Origin: Candidatus Roizmanbacteria bacterium RIFOXYC1_FULL_41_16
Lineage (GTDB): Bacteria; Patescibacteriota; Microgenomatia; UBA1406
Reading direction: 5' to 3'
Assembly: GCA_001788295.1 (NCBI GenBank)
Contig: MGBO01000021.1
Coordinates: forward strand, 212,865-271,631
DNA: 58,767 nt
In this document: in pieces, positions 27,118-38,239 of the stretch
Layout of the letters: each line of letters opens with the position of its first letter
Position numbering within the stretch: the first letter of the stretch is position 1
Translations under genes and position numbers: made by a program
Notes under the pieces: model-generated
Told to the model about the DNA's origin: nothing
Databases searched by the model: none
The model's input: only the letters and a program-made list of their open reading frames with translations

Positions 27118-29247
27118 TTATTCATACCGCAATGCGTTCAAGGCGCTGGTTTTTTTGGCTCGTTGAGCCGGATACAAACCAGTAACCAATCCCACCATAA
27201 ACGAACAGGCCAGAATAAAAATAACCAAAAATATCGGCACGTAGCTCACATTAAGATAACCCACTCCGCTGGCTACAGCAAAGGCTGACAAACCCAAAGA
27301 CGTCAACTCGCCCATAAAATAACCCAAAGCCAAGCCGCCGATACCGCCGGCAAAACCCATAATCATGGCCTCAGACAAAAACAGTTCTTGAATTTCCGCA
27401 CTCACCATGCCCATGGTTTTCATACCACCAATTTCCCGGGTACGCTCCAACAAAGAGACAGTGAGCGTATTAAACATACCCAAAGCCGCCACTCCCAAAG
27501 CAATTGTGCCTAATAAACCTAATAACAACCGGATGTTCACAAACAGACCTTCGATTTGGGCAACAGTATCGGCCGTACTTGAGGTGGCGACTCCCAGTAC
27601 TTCAATGTCGCGTCGGACTTGTTTAAGACTACTCTTGTCATTGGTAATCACTTTTAATTGCGAATAATTTTGCAAACCCAAGCGTTCCAGATCCGAAAGC
27701 GGTAAGTAAAAATACTCGGTATTATCGTCATTAATCAAACCAATAATCTCGTATTTAATCTCTTGAGTGATAAGCTTGCCCTCGGCTTCCTTAAGCAGAC
27801 TCCGCACTAAAATAAAAGAAACCTTGAAGCTTTTACCCACGGCTTTGTTTAAAGGAATATCTAAATAGTTAGCCATGGCAGTGGAAATAACGGCTTTACC
27901 CGACGGCAGACCTCTAAACTTAAGGAAATCTTGTTTAGCAGTTTCTTTCAGCGACGCCGACACTGTGGAGCCCAAAGACACGAGCTCCAAGCCGCCGGAC
28001 CCGCTGGCCTCCAAAACCGTGACCTCGAACTCTGAAGTCGCCGAAGGCGTGGCTTCTTCAGTCACAGTCTCGATTTGACCGCTTTGGGTCGCCACACCCA
28101 AAACATTGGCAAACTGCAATTTGTCCTGGATAATGATGGACCGCTCCTGCAAACAAACTTCCTGCCAAAGCTGATGCCCCTGATCATCCAACCGCGGCTG
28201 AACTTGATCTTTGGGTAACTTGTCGTAAAGCGGGACTTTGCTTTTGAGCCACTTCCCTAAATATAAATTATTATAGGAATCATAAGCGATCCGACCGGCC
28301 GGTGAATATGGAGCATACTCACCACCCCAATACTCAGTGCCAATAAAACCGCCCTCAATTCGCTTGGTGTAGCCCAAGATCTTGGCATCCAAATCGCATT
28401 GCGCTCGAGCCACAATTAGTTGATTAGGTTCGATATTAAACAAAGCCGTGGCCGAATTGATCAGCTCTCCGTATCTGGCCCTGATCAGCCTAGTGGTTGC
28501 GGCGCCTTTGACTGAGCCAATCTCCATGGTCAGCTCTGTCCCTTTATCCGAAAAGTATGAACCGCGCATAAATTGACTGGCCAATACCTGCATATACTCT
28601 TCAGTGACGGCATAAGCCAAAATGTCGGTCTTGGCATTGTTGTAATCCACCTTACCTACTACCGAAACAACCGGCAGCACTCTGTCCACGTTTTCGATGC
28701 CGCTGATTTTGGCCATTAGTTTCTGGTTGATCTTGACATCGCCGGTTTCACCCGGAACAACATCAGCCATTTTCAGCTCGTCCAGTCGTGCCACTTTGCT
28801 AATAACCAAACGTTCGACTCCATATCCCAACGATAACAAATAAACAATAATGCCCACGCCCACTGACATACCGAAAATCGTAATCAAAGAACGTGACTTT
28901 TTGATTTTCAAATTATTAAAAGCCAGATTAATCAAATAATAGCGTTTGACTTTGAAGCTGCGCACCGCCTCGATTTTGTTGATAATCTGCTGGCCCAAAC
29001 TATCGGCATGAGTCAGCAAACCCTTTGGCACTACTTTTTTCAAAACCGGTGAAACAATTGGCAAGTGAGCCAGAAATTGAACTGTCAGACGGCTAACAAA
29101 AATCAAAAGCAAAACAAAAAAACTGGCAAAAGCCAATATATTTTGCGGCAGATGAACCAAAGTGTAAAAGGCCGCTTTTAATATTCGCTGACGGGCTTGC
29201 GAATCAGTGACTGTGCTAATCAAGTTTTTCAAAAAATTATTTGTCAT
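27118..29247 (-). CDS. ABC transporter permease, MacB/FtsX family, with enlarged extracytoplasmic domain
   Basis: RSLITIFGMSVGVG, GMFNTL..SLLERTREIG.MK..G, GLYPA.RA....L.ALRYE. Confidence 0.92.
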   Translation of the reverse strand: MTNNFLKNLISTVTDSQARQRILKAAFYTLVHLPQNILAFASFFVLLLIFVSRLTVQFLAHLPIVSPVLKKVVPKGLLTHADSLGQQIINKIEAVRSFKVKRYYLINLAFNNLKIKKSRSLITIFGMSVGVGIIVYLLSLGYGVERLVISKVARLDELKMADVVPGETGDVKINQKLMAKISGIENVDRVLPVVSVVGKVDYNNAKTDILAYAVTEEYMQVLASQFMRGSYFSDKGTELTMEIGSVKGAATTRLIRARYGELINSATALFNIEPNQLIVARAQCDLDAKILGYTKRIEGGFIGTEYWGGEYAPYSPAGRIAYDSYNNLYLGKWLKSKVPLYDKLPKDQVQPRLDDQGHQLWQEVCLQERSIIIQDKLQFANVLGVATQSGQIETVTEEATPSATSEFEVTVLEASGSGGLELVSLGSTVSASLKETAKQDFLKFRGLPSGKAVISTAMANYLDIPLNKAVGKSFKVSFILVRSLLKEAEGKLITQEIKYEIIGLINDDNTEYFYLPLSDLERLGLQNYSQLKVITNDKSSLKQVRRDIEVLGVATSSTADTVAQIEGLFVNIRLLLGLLGTIALGVAALGMFNTLTVSLLERTREIGGMKTMGMVSAEIQELFLSEAMIMGFAGGIGGLALGYFMGELTSLGLSAFAVASGVGYLNVSYVPIFLVIFILACSFMVGLVTGLYPAQRAKKTSALNALRYE

Positions 29248-29250
29248 TGT

Positions 29251-30036
29251 TTATTTTAATTTAGATAAAAAGTCCTTGTCCCGAACATTGGCCTGCTCTT
29301 TTTTGTCCAGACCGCGCTTACCGCTAATCTTTAGTTGTTGCCCGGCCACGGCTTTTTGCTCCACCACTTCCCCATCAAGCATATGAATAAGTTTGTCGCC
29401 GTATTTAAGGTACTCCAGATCATGAGTAACCATAATAATGGTCTTGCCATTTGTCGCTAACTGACGAAACAAATCAATCAATTCCTGGCCGGAAACTGTG
29501 TCCAGATTACCGGTGGGCTCGTCGGCGACGATCAACAACGGATCAAGCGCCAAGGCTCGCGCCAAACTAATCTTTTGCTGCTGCCCGCTGGAAAGCTCCA
29601 TTGGCATATAGTTGGTTTTTTCCTGCATTTGAACAGTAGCCAGTACTTTGCTGATTTTTTCCTTTATTTCGGCCTCGGCCACGTCTTGCAAATACAAGGG
29701 AAAAGCGACATTGCCAAAAACGTCGAGCGAATGAATCCAAAGTGGCTGCTGATAAATCATCCCTACCCGCTCCCGGCGATAAAGAGCGCGATCATCCTCA
29801 TTTCCCTGGTAAAAATCCTTGCCTTCAATCAGAACTTTGCCTTGAGTAGGCGCTTCTAATCCCAGCAAACAGTGTAATAAAGTACTTTTGCCGCAACCTG
29901 AAGGCCCAAAAATAATCACAAATTCACCCTTGTTAATTGTAAAGTCGATTTTTTTTAGAACTTGGACCACGCCCTCCCGAACCGGAAAGCTTTTTTCCAA
30001 GTTTTGGATCGTGATTAAGGCCTGTTGACTACTCAT
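29251..30036 (-). CDS. ABC transporter ATP-binding protein (LolD/MacB type)
   Basis: GPSGCGKST, LSSGQQQ, ADEPTGNLD, VTHD. Confidence 0.95.
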   Translation of the reverse strand: MSSQQALITIQNLEKSFPVREGVVQVLKKIDFTINKGEFVIIFGPSGCGKSTLLHCLLGLEAPTQGKVLIEGKDFYQGNEDDRALYRRERVGMIYQQPLWIHSLDVFGNVAFPLYLQDVAEAEIKEKISKVLATVQMQEKTNYMPMELSSGQQQKISLARALALDPLLIVADEPTGNLDTVSGQELIDLFRQLATNGKTIIMVTHDLEYLKYGDKLIHMLDGEVVEQKAVAGQQLKISGKRGLDKKEQANVRDKDFLSKLK

Positions 30037-33000
30037 TTTACTTTGACTCCTTTTAAGAAACCAAAACTTTTAGATAGATTGTCGACGACTAACTCCAGCG
30101 CGCCTTTAGTTGACTTAGGCGTAATCACGACCGTGTCTTCGCTGCGAGTGGCGTTTTTGGCCTTATCTTTGCTGATCGCCCGTAAATGATAAATGGTCGA
30201 GGGCCGCAAACCAGTAATCGTGACAACATGGTTTGAAGTCAGAGCTTTGTCTTCTTGGGTTGTTTGAGAATAAGTGCCTGAGGTTCCTTGAGCATATTCC
30301 ACTTGTGTGGTTGATGGTTCGTCAGTATCCCAGGTAATCACTAGTTTGGCACGCGCCTCGTCGCCTACTCCAACCACTGTAGTTTCCAGATTAAAATTTT
30401 CAATTAAAGGCGGCCGGAAATCAGTGGCGGTTTTGACTTTCTGATCCGGATAACCAGCCTCGTTGCCAACCAGATCCTTACCGCTTACCAGCAAAGTATA
30501 GTCGGTCTCGTCTTGCAGATCCTGAATAATAACTTCGTGAGTTTTCTTCAAGGTCAGATTGATGTAGTCTTTGGCGCTTTCGGGATAAAGAGACGGATAA
30601 TAAGTGATAATCGAAGACACATCGGTATTGGTTGTCCATAACAAACGCAAAGTGGCTTTGGGCATACCCACAACCTGTTGCACTTTGAGAGCAAGGATTT
30701 TTGGCACTGGCAGCGTTTCAAAAGTATAGTTATCAGAATAGTAGACATTGGCCTCGTCATCTTCAGCCTTAATTCTAAAGTTGTAAGCACTGCCCTCAGT
30801 CAGATCACTTAAAATAACAGTGTGAGTGGATTCATTTTTGGCAATGGAAATGCTTTGGCTACCGCCGTAATTAAGATCCAAACCATATTCAACCGTGGCT
30901 TTAATGGCATTAGCAATCGTAAAAGTGACATTGGCACCATAAATACTGACGTTAGACGTCGTCACTTGTGAAACCGTGGGCGCCGGATTGGTGGTAAAAC
31001 TGATTTCATCAGACGAACCACTGTTGCCGTCCTCGTCCGTCCAAAGAGCTTTGAAATAATAGGTGGCACCCGGATCCAAACCGGTTAACTCAACCGAATG
31101 GCTGGTTACTTGGGTGGAACTGCCGGTTTCTTCACCATAAGTACCGGAGCTTTTGCCGTATTGAACAAATGAATTGCTGGTGCGATTGGTACTCCAAACA
31201 ATAATGGCTGATTTGGTTTTGATTGTCGCTGAAGGGCTGGCAGTTAGGGCCGGGGCCACCCGCCAACGACCATCAGGGTAAAGGCTAACCGTGTCTGAAG
31301 AAATACCACAACCTTTACCGCCAGTGTAATTACAGGCATTGACACAATAATATTTGGTTTCTTGAGTTAAACCAGTATCCACATAAGAAGTTTGGCTGGT
31401 TGAGGCAATGTAGGTAAAGTCGGTATCTGAGGCAGCTTCACTATTGCATTCGGCATCCTCTACACTGGAACGGTAGATCCGGTATTCGGCAATGCCAGAA
31501 CCGGACGATTCGGGCTGATCCCAGGACAAAGCCAGACGCCAGGCGCTGGTTTCTTTAATAGAAACATCGGAAATGTCTAAATTCCGCGGCACGCCCGGTG
31601 AAGACGTTGACGACGTAAAAGTGATTGAGGAATAATTATTGTAGTCAAGATTGCCAGCCTCATCCTCAGCAACGACATAAAGCGTATTTTGGCCCGGATC
31701 TTGAGCATAAGCGCCTTTGCTTAAATAAGTGACAGCCAAACCAAGGGCGTTTTCGGCCGTATCGGCTGAGGGCAGACGATTAATCCAGTAATGATAACGC
31801 AAACTGGCTTGCTGACCGTAATAGATTGACGGCGGATCCCAAGCAAAGGCAAATTCGTTCACAGTATTACTACTGCCACTTACCGGATACGTAATCCGTA
31901 AATTAGTCGGCGCGCCGGCCGCTGTTCCGGAATAATAATAAGAGGCAGTCACCCAACTTGAAGCCCGATTGCCAGCGTAGTCTTCGGCCTGCAAATAAAG
32001 GGTGTTAGTACCAGTTGTGTATTTCACCACACCGCTAGCAGTCGCCTCAACCGTAGACATCTCTGTGCCGGCCGGCCCGGTTTTGTACCAATAGCGCCTG
32101 ATTAAAGAAGCGCTATCAGATGCTCCAGACCAACTAAAGGTATAATCATTAACGTTCGTGTATCCTGATGGAGTAACGACAATTGTGGTCGGGTTTTCCG
32201 GAACCACGTTATCGTATTTATAGATAAACGGTTGCCAATTGGTAGGAGCAAAATTGTCTGAGTCATCAATAGCCTGAATACGCAGATAATATGTTTCCCC
32301 GGATGCTAAATTACTAGCAGTGTACTCAGGATCAATAACCAAAGTGCCGCTTTCTGAAGCATTGGCCTCACTATCAGTGCCTAAATAAACATAATAACCG
32401 GCAATGCCTGAGCCGCCCTCGCCGTCTGATGCTCCATAAGCCGCCTCGGCTGCGGCCCAATTAAAGTATGGCGCACTGCTATTAGCCCAAGTTTCGGTGG
32501 TGAGTGTCGCGGCCTGAGTGGCAGTGGTATAAGCATTAAAGCCAGTGTCTGACGGATTGCTTGGTAAGGTCACATCCTGATAATAATTCACGGTATAGTC
32601 ACTAATGACACCAGAATAAATTCCGTCGCCAGAGGCCAGCTCAAATTTGAGCTGTAAATAACGATTGACCGCAGAATTAATCTTGTAAGTATAGTTATTA
32701 GCCACCTGTTTCTCCTCGGTCGAGGTGACCCAGGATGACCAAGTCTCGTTATCCGCCGAAGACCGGCTGCTCACGGTCAGAGTAGTATTAGTTCCTGACG
32801 TGTAAGTTAAAGCTAAATCGGCAAAACGGTAAACCGATGTCAGATCATGAACCAGTGAAATATAACTGCCGTTTTCTTCAAAAGAACTGTTGTTAGTTTG
32901 CATTACCAAAGTGTATAAACCATTGGTAAAAGTGTTGTTGCCGCCTGAACCAGGAATGACATAGATCTTGTCTACACCGTTACTGGCAGCAGCGCCACCG

Positions 33001-36000
33001 GCAGAAATGTAAGGAGCATAAACATCACTGATCACTTCCCAAGTATTATTGGTCAAAGAATAGCGCAAACAGTCTTTTTGATTCCAACCTCGGCAGGCAT
33101 ACAAATAATCGCCACCGCCATCGACCAAAAAGCCGTCGTTATATATACCATAGCCAGTGGGCAAATCAGCGACAACGGCATCATTCCAGGTATTGGCCGC
33201 AGGGTCATAACGGTAAAAGGTAAGGCCAGTACCACCACGAATGGCATAAATATAACCATTGCGATAAACCAGATCGGCGCCGTAAGACATGGTACTTGGC
33301 GCGTTAGTCAAAAGCTCCCATCGACTGGCCGCTTCACCTTGCAAATTATAACGATAAAAAGTATTGGCATTACCCCTAAGCCAGTAAATATATTGAGCGC
33401 CATCAAAAACCATGGCCGAGCCCACATAAGGATCATAGGGCGGCGGATCAGTGGTGATCTCACTCCAAATATCAGTGGCAATGTCGTATTTGTAAAACTT
33501 ACGATCGTAGTAGTTTGATGTGGCGTATATTTGATTGTTAACACTGTCGTAAACTAGCTCAGTCCCGTAATAAAAACTTGAGGGGGCGTCAGCCATTTGC
33601 ACCACTTCGGCCGTGGTTTCGTTATAACGGAAAAAAGTATTGTCAAAATTGCCCCGGGTAAAATAAAAGTAATTGCCATTGCCTTTGATAATATCGGCGC
33701 CGTAATTAAAAGTGCGCGAGTCAGAACCTCGATACCAGCCGCCAAACAAACCCACCTGTGGTGTTTGCCAAGAGGCCTTGGCAATATTGTATTTGTACAA
33801 AGTTTGAGCTCCACCACCTCTCATTACATAAAGCTCACCATTGACATTTTTCATGGTTGATCCATAAGAAATTGGACCAGGTACCTCGGTTAACTCCGAC
33901 CAAGTTTGATTGTCAATGCTGTATTTATAAAAAAAGGTTTTGTTGTTGCCGGGAAAATAATAGACCGCATTGGTCGTGCTGTCGTATTCAATTCGGGCGC
34001 CAGACGATTCGATAAAAGGCGCATTGGGCAATACTAACCATTGATCGCTGGTAATACTATAAGCACTAAAACCAGTGCGACTATTACCCTGAATGGCATA
34101 AATGGTATCAGCCCCGTCGTAAGCCAAATCAGCGCCAGCCTGAACCAAATTGTTGATCTGCACCGAGGTGGCGCCGAAATCAATATTGGCTTTTTGTTCC
34201 CAAAGATCAGTCAGGGTATCATAACGATAAAAAGCGTCGTCGCCATTACCTCGTAAAGCATAAATATAACGATCTCCGGTTGAAATCAGGGTTGCCCCAT
34301 AAGAAGTGGATTGAGGAAAATCGGTCGCCGCCGCATCAGACCAAGTGTCGTTGGCAATATCATACCGCCAGAAGCCACTAGTATTTAGACCTTTTAAGGC
34401 ATAAAGATAGCCGGCTGGGCCTTCGGCAAGATCCGAACCATAATAGGCGGCCGAAGGTGTAACCGCTTTGGTTGTCCAAACGTCAGTGGTCAGATCATAT
34501 TCATAAAAAGTGGTTGTATTGTAGCCTCGAAGTAAATACAGTTTGTTTGAAGAAGCAATATAAGCAAACTCCGAGCCCAAATAGACTCCGGCCGGCGAAT
34601 ACATTAAACGTTCGTTTTCCCAAAAACTGCTTTTAGAACTTAATTTGATTTGATCACTGGAGGTTGAAACGTTATCCAAAGTCCCTTGACTAAAATCCTC
34701 AGTTAAGGTTTGTGTCAGTGTTTGCGGCGGCGACACGCCTTGGTAAACATAAGTGAACAAGGTTTCGGCCGCGCTCACATTACCCAAACTGTCTTTGGTT
34801 TGAATAATCAGATAATATGTGCCGTTGGCCATTGGCGTGGTCACCATATAATTAGTACTGATTTGATAGCTCCCCTCTGTTTCGGGATCGGCCGTATTTG
34901 ACGAACCAAAATAAACATAATAGCCGCTCACTTCTGTCTCAGCGTCAAGAGCGCCGGACCAAGTAAAATACGGATGAGCATGACCATAGCTATTACCGCT
35001 AATCAGGGTCGAGCCACCAACCTGACTGGAAAGAGCGGTAAGGCTGGAGGGATTGCTGGGTGGATTGGCGTCGCCGGTATAATCAACAGTAACAGAATAT
35101 AAAACTGGTGTTTGAGAATTGTCAGAGCTGCTGGTAAAAGCCGCTTTAATCTGCAAATATTGATTGGGAGTTGAACTAATGGCTCCACCAGAAACTGTTT
35201 CCCAATCGGTCCAGGTAATTTGATCACTACTGGAGCGAGTCTGAAAGACCAAATCAGCGTCTCCCGGAGTCGCCATCGAAGTCGTGAGTGAAGTCCAGGA
35301 ATCAACATGAGTCAAATCCAAAACAGCGCTGGTCCAGGTACCGCTAGTTTGATAATTATTGGCGCTCACGCTAAAGGTTTGCATTCGTAAAACATCCATG
35401 CCGTAGATTGAATAAAAATTACCGCTGCCATCATTGACCAAAGAACCGCCATTCCAGGGACCAATTTCAGTTGGGCCATAAGTAGCCATGGGCAAGAGAT
35501 AGCGCCAAGAGTTATTGGCAATCGAGTACTCCCACAAATCGCCCTTATAATAACCGGCTTGAGCATAAATTTTGCCGTTGTAATAGCTGATATCAGTGCC
35601 CCAATAAGGCGCAAACGGTAAGTTGTTTAGCTTGGTCCAAGTATTTCCAGTAATTGAATATTTCAAAATTTCCGAAGTACCGTAACCGGACGTGTAATAA
35701 AGATCCGTTCCATCACTGATTAACCTGGACCCAAAACCCGCCTCAGCATTATCCGGCAAATCGGCAACAGCCACGTCGCTCCAAGAGTTACCACTGATGC
35801 TGTAGCGCCAAAAAGAAGTGGTCATCGAACCTCTGGTGCCATAAAGAAAATCGCCTGATCCCGGATAAACCAAAGCGCCTCCATAATAGGCATTGCTTGG
35901 CGCGTCGGCTAATTGAGCCCAGGAGTTTCCGGCAATATTATAACTGTAAAAAGCGGCGGTACTGTTGCCCAGATAAAAATAAATCGTACCGTTAGCCAAC

Positions 36001-37184
36001 TCAGCCTTGGTATCATTGTTGAAATTGACTGTTGAACTGGTTAATGTTTCCCAGGTTTTTGAGCTTGTACTATAGCGATAAAAACCGTTCGCATTGTGTC
36101 CTCGATGATAGTAAACATAACCGTTGTCGTAAACTAAATCAGCGCCGCTTCCTGGGGCAATTGGCAAGTCAATCTCACCTAGAAATTCATTATTGGCAAT
36201 GTCGTATTTCCAGAAGTCATATAAACCACTGCCCCGGAAAACATATAAATAACCGTCCGCCGCATTATAAACATTGCCCACGTAAGCCGTTGCCTGCGGT
36301 AGTGTCACCAAAGATTCCCAGGTGTTCGTACTGATTTGGTACCGATAGAAGCCGGTGGTTGAAGCATAATCCCGCATAAAATAAATATAATCGCCATTAA
36401 TATCAATGTTGTGGTTGCCATACATCGGGTAAAAATCAGCCGGCACGCTGGTTAATGACGACCAGGTGTTACTGGCAATATTATATTTATAAAAATCCTG
36501 GTAATAGCCGCGAGGGACATAAAGCGAACCGTCTTGATAAACCATGTCTGAGCCTTGTTGTAAAGCGCCTGGCGGGTATGAAAGCGTGGTGAGCCAAGTA
36601 TTGGTGGAGGGATCATATCGCCAGAAATCCTGAGTCCAACCACCTTTGGTGGCGTAGATATAAGTGCCGTCGCTGACAATACTGGCGCCGTCTAATATTA
36701 AGTCCGGCAAATCAGCCAGGTCTTCCCAGCTATTATTAATAATCGAATAACGGCTGAATTCATTTTGATAACCGCCATAAATGGCATAAATGTAATTACC
36801 CATTATAGTTAAACTGGTGCCGTTGTACGCACCATGAGGGGCTGATGCTAGTTCTTGCCATCGGTCTTCGTTTGGCAAATAGCGGGCAAAATACCGGTCA
36901 AAACCAGCCAAAATATAAACATAGTTGCCGTCGCTGACAACTCCGGTTTGATTGGTCAAAGGAATTTTGGGCGTTTTCCACGAGCGGGCGCCCCAGCTAC
37001 CGGCTGACTTAAGTTTGATTTCCCCTTCTTTACTGGCTGCTTCGGTATTGGTAAAAGTGCCGGTTTCAAAATCGGTTTTGGCAGTTAAAGTACTGGTAGT
37101 TGCCTGCACAGAATAAGGCATTATCACTGTTATGATCATAGCCATCAGTAAGATTGCAACTCTATTAATTTGCCGACTGTTCAT
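30033..37184 (-). CDS. Giant secreted protein: two Kelch-type beta-propeller blocks plus multiple fibronectin type III domains
   Basis: Signal peptide; many (G.L..DG.YIY...G....F.RY......W) repeats in two blocks; FN3 signatures (LTGLDPGATYYF, GLRPSTIYHLRA). Confidence 0.9.
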   Translation of the reverse strand: MNSRQINRVAILLMAMIITVIMPYSVQATTSTLTAKTDFETGTFTNTEAASKEGEIKLKSAGSWGARSWKTPKIPLTNQTGVVSDGNYVYILAGFDRYFARYLPNEDRWQELASAPHGAYNGTSLTIMGNYIYAIYGGYQNEFSRYSIINNSWEDLADLPDLILDGASIVSDGTYIYATKGGWTQDFWRYDPSTNTWLTTLSYPPGALQQGSDMVYQDGSLYVPRGYYQDFYKYNIASNTWSSLTSVPADFYPMYGNHNIDINGDYIYFMRDYASTTGFYRYQISTNTWESLVTLPQATAYVGNVYNAADGYLYVFRGSGLYDFWKYDIANNEFLGEIDLPIAPGSGADLVYDNGYVYYHRGHNANGFYRYSTSSKTWETLTSSTVNFNNDTKAELANGTIYFYLGNSTAAFYSYNIAGNSWAQLADAPSNAYYGGALVYPGSGDFLYGTRGSMTTSFWRYSISGNSWSDVAVADLPDNAEAGFGSRLISDGTDLYYTSGYGTSEILKYSITGNTWTKLNNLPFAPYWGTDISYYNGKIYAQAGYYKGDLWEYSIANNSWRYLLPMATYGPTEIGPWNGGSLVNDGSGNFYSIYGMDVLRMQTFSVSANNYQTSGTWTSAVLDLTHVDSWTSLTTSMATPGDADLVFQTRSSSDQITWTDWETVSGGAISSTPNQYLQIKAAFTSSSDNSQTPVLYSVTVDYTGDANPPSNPSSLTALSSQVGGSTLISGNSYGHAHPYFTWSGALDAETEVSGYYVYFGSSNTADPETEGSYQISTNYMVTTPMANGTYYLIIQTKDSLGNVSAAETLFTYVYQGVSPPQTLTQTLTEDFSQGTLDNVSTSSDQIKLSSKSSFWENERLMYSPAGVYLGSEFAYIASSNKLYLLRGYNTTTFYEYDLTTDVWTTKAVTPSAAYYGSDLAEGPAGYLYALKGLNTSGFWRYDIANDTWSDAAATDFPQSTSYGATLISTGDRYIYALRGNGDDAFYRYDTLTDLWEQKANIDFGATSVQINNLVQAGADLAYDGADTIYAIQGNSRTGFSAYSITSDQWLVLPNAPFIESSGARIEYDSTTNAVYYFPGNNKTFFYKYSIDNQTWSELTEVPGPISYGSTMKNVNGELYVMRGGGAQTLYKYNIAKASWQTPQVGLFGGWYRGSDSRTFNYGADIIKGNGNYFYFTRGNFDNTFFRYNETTAEVVQMADAPSSFYYGTELVYDSVNNQIYATSNYYDRKFYKYDIATDIWSEITTDPPPYDPYVGSAMVFDGAQYIYWLRGNANTFYRYNLQGEAASRWELLTNAPSTMSYGADLVYRNGYIYAIRGGTGLTFYRYDPAANTWNDAVVADLPTGYGIYNDGFLVDGGGDYLYACRGWNQKDCLRYSLTNNTWEVISDVYAPYISAGGAAASNGVDKIYVIPGSGGNNTFTNGLYTLVMQTNNSSFEENGSYISLVHDLTSVYRFADLALTYTSGTNTTLTVSSRSSADNETWSSWVTSTEEKQVANNYTYKINSAVNRYLQLKFELASGDGIYSGVISDYTVNYYQDVTLPSNPSDTGFNAYTTATQAATLTTETWANSSAPYFNWAAAEAAYGASDGEGGSGIAGYYVYLGTDSEANASESGTLVIDPEYTASNLASGETYYLRIQAIDDSDNFAPTNWQPFIYKYDNVVPENPTTIVVTPSGYTNVNDYTFSWSGASDSASLIRRYWYKTGPAGTEMSTVEATASGVVKYTTGTNTLYLQAEDYAGNRASSWVTASYYYSGTAAGAPTNLRITYPVSGSSNTVNEFAFAWDPPSIYYGQQASLRYHYWINRLPSADTAENALGLAVTYLSKGAYAQDPGQNTLYVVAEDEAGNLDYNNYSSITFTSSTSSPGVPRNLDISDVSIKETSAWRLALSWDQPESSGSGIAEYRIYRSSVEDAECNSEAASDTDFTYIASTSQTSYVDTGLTQETKYYCVNACNYTGGKGCGISSDTVSLYPDGRWRVAPALTASPSATIKTKSAIIVWSTNRTSNSFVQYGKSSGTYGEETGSSTQVTSHSVELTGLDPGATYYFKALWTDEDGNSGSSDEISFTTNPAPTVSQVTTSNVSIYGANVTFTIANAIKATVEYGLDLNYGGSQSISIAKNESTHTVILSDLTEGSAYNFRIKAEDDEANVYYSDNYTFETLPVPKILALKVQQVVGMPKATLRLLWTTNTDVSSIITYYPSLYPESAKDYINLTLKKTHEVIIQDLQDETDYTLLVSGKDLVGNEAGYPDQKVKTATDFRPPLIENFNLETTVVGVGDEARAKLVITWDTDEPSTTQVEYAQGTSGTYSQTTQEDKALTSNHVVTITGLRPSTIYHLRAISKDKAKNATRSEDTVVITPKSTKGALELVVDNLSKSFGFLKGVKVK

Positions 37185-37480
37185 GCTAATAATTCACTGG
37201 TAATTTTTGATAATTCATTCTGACTGATCACCTGTTGGTTTAATTTCCATCTTAAGCCGCGTCCGGCCTTGGGCCGGCCCCAAGCAATCACCAGTCTCTC
37301 CCCCAATATTTTTTGCCGCGAAAGCGAGGAAAATAACCCGCCCAAACTCTTGCCTTTGAGACCGATTTTGGCACCAGAATCGGTTGAGGAAATAATGCCT
37401 TTGGGGCTTTTGGCCAACAACAACAAAGCCCGCAACTGATTGGGGCTCAACCGATGTAACTTATCGATCACAGAGCTCAT
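37181..37480 (-). CDS. Small basic winged-helix-like protein, putative regulator heading the operon
   Basis: 99 aa, helix-turn-helix-like segment (GLKGKSLGGLFSSLSR) plus wing (RWKLN); ATGA overlap with the giant gene. Confidence 0.65.
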   Translation of the reverse strand: MSSVIDKLHRLSPNQLRALLLLAKSPKGIISSTDSGAKIGLKGKSLGGLFSSLSRQKILGERLVIAWGRPKAGRGLRWKLNQQVISQNELSKITSELLA

Positions 37481-37488
37481 TATTAATC

Positions 37489-37517
37489 AGTATATTGATG
37501 CACTCAATGGATGTCAA
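37489..37517 (-). promoter_or_regulatory. Sigma70-type promoter with palindrome in the spacer
   Basis: TTGACA-17 nt-TATACT, 8 nt before ATG 37480; ATTGA-TGCAC-TCAAT at 37494-37508. Confidence 0.8.
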
Positions 37518-37623
37518 GTACTATATATATAGATTGTATCTGTTCTATTACTTGTATCTAATGTATATAATGCACTTTAAAATAGACTATTAAATAAAGC
37601 TATTATCAGGATTTTGTCGGAAA

Positions 37624-38205
37624 TCAGCCAACCATTACTTCTTCGTCGGTTCGGCGATATTTGAGAATTTCCTCTTTTTTAAACCATAAAGGAATTTCGT
37701 ATTTCGCCTCCTCCACTGTGCCTGAAGCGTGCATCATGTTGCGAATGGCGCGCTTGGCGGTATTTGCCAAAAAGGACGAGTCAAAAGCAAAGTCGCCGCG
37801 AATGGTGCCCGGAGGCGCGATCAAAGGCAAAGTGTGACCGCAAAGTTTGCGGACGAGCTCAACGCTGTGCGGCGCTTCCAGAACATAGGCCATTACCGGG
37901 CCTTCCTGAATATAACCGATCAGCCACTCTCTAATCATTTTACCGATCTCAAGCGGACTGTCTGTGCCTAATTTTTCAACCGGATCAGCGCCCATTTGCG
38001 CATAATTTTCCAAGGTTTTGTTACCCATCCCTTTGAGAAATTCTTCCCGGTCGGCCGGATAGTGTTTTACAGCCAATTCCTGACTGACTCGGGTTAATTT
38101 GGCGGCCACAATTTTTAGGCCGGTTTTTTCAAAACGAGAAGTAATTTCACCCACCAAACCGCGCGCCACGCCATCGAATTTGACCAAGACTAAAGTTTGC
38201 TCCAT
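37624..38205 (-). CDS. ndk: Nucleoside diphosphate kinase
   Basis: EQTLVLVKFDGV.RGL.GEI..RFE, GPV, PGTIRGDF, N.MHAS. Confidence 0.95.
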   Translation of the reverse strand: MEQTLVLVKFDGVARGLVGEITSRFEKTGLKIVAAKLTRVSQELAVKHYPADREEFLKGMGNKTLENYAQMGADPVEKLGTDSPLEIGKMIREWLIGYIQEGPVMAYVLEAPHSVELVRKLCGHTLPLIAPPGTIRGDFAFDSSFLANTAKRAIRNMMHASGTVEEAKYEIPLWFKKEEILKYRRTDEEVMVG

Positions 38206-38239
38206 ATATTTATTAAATTAATAATTATTTATATTTTAA

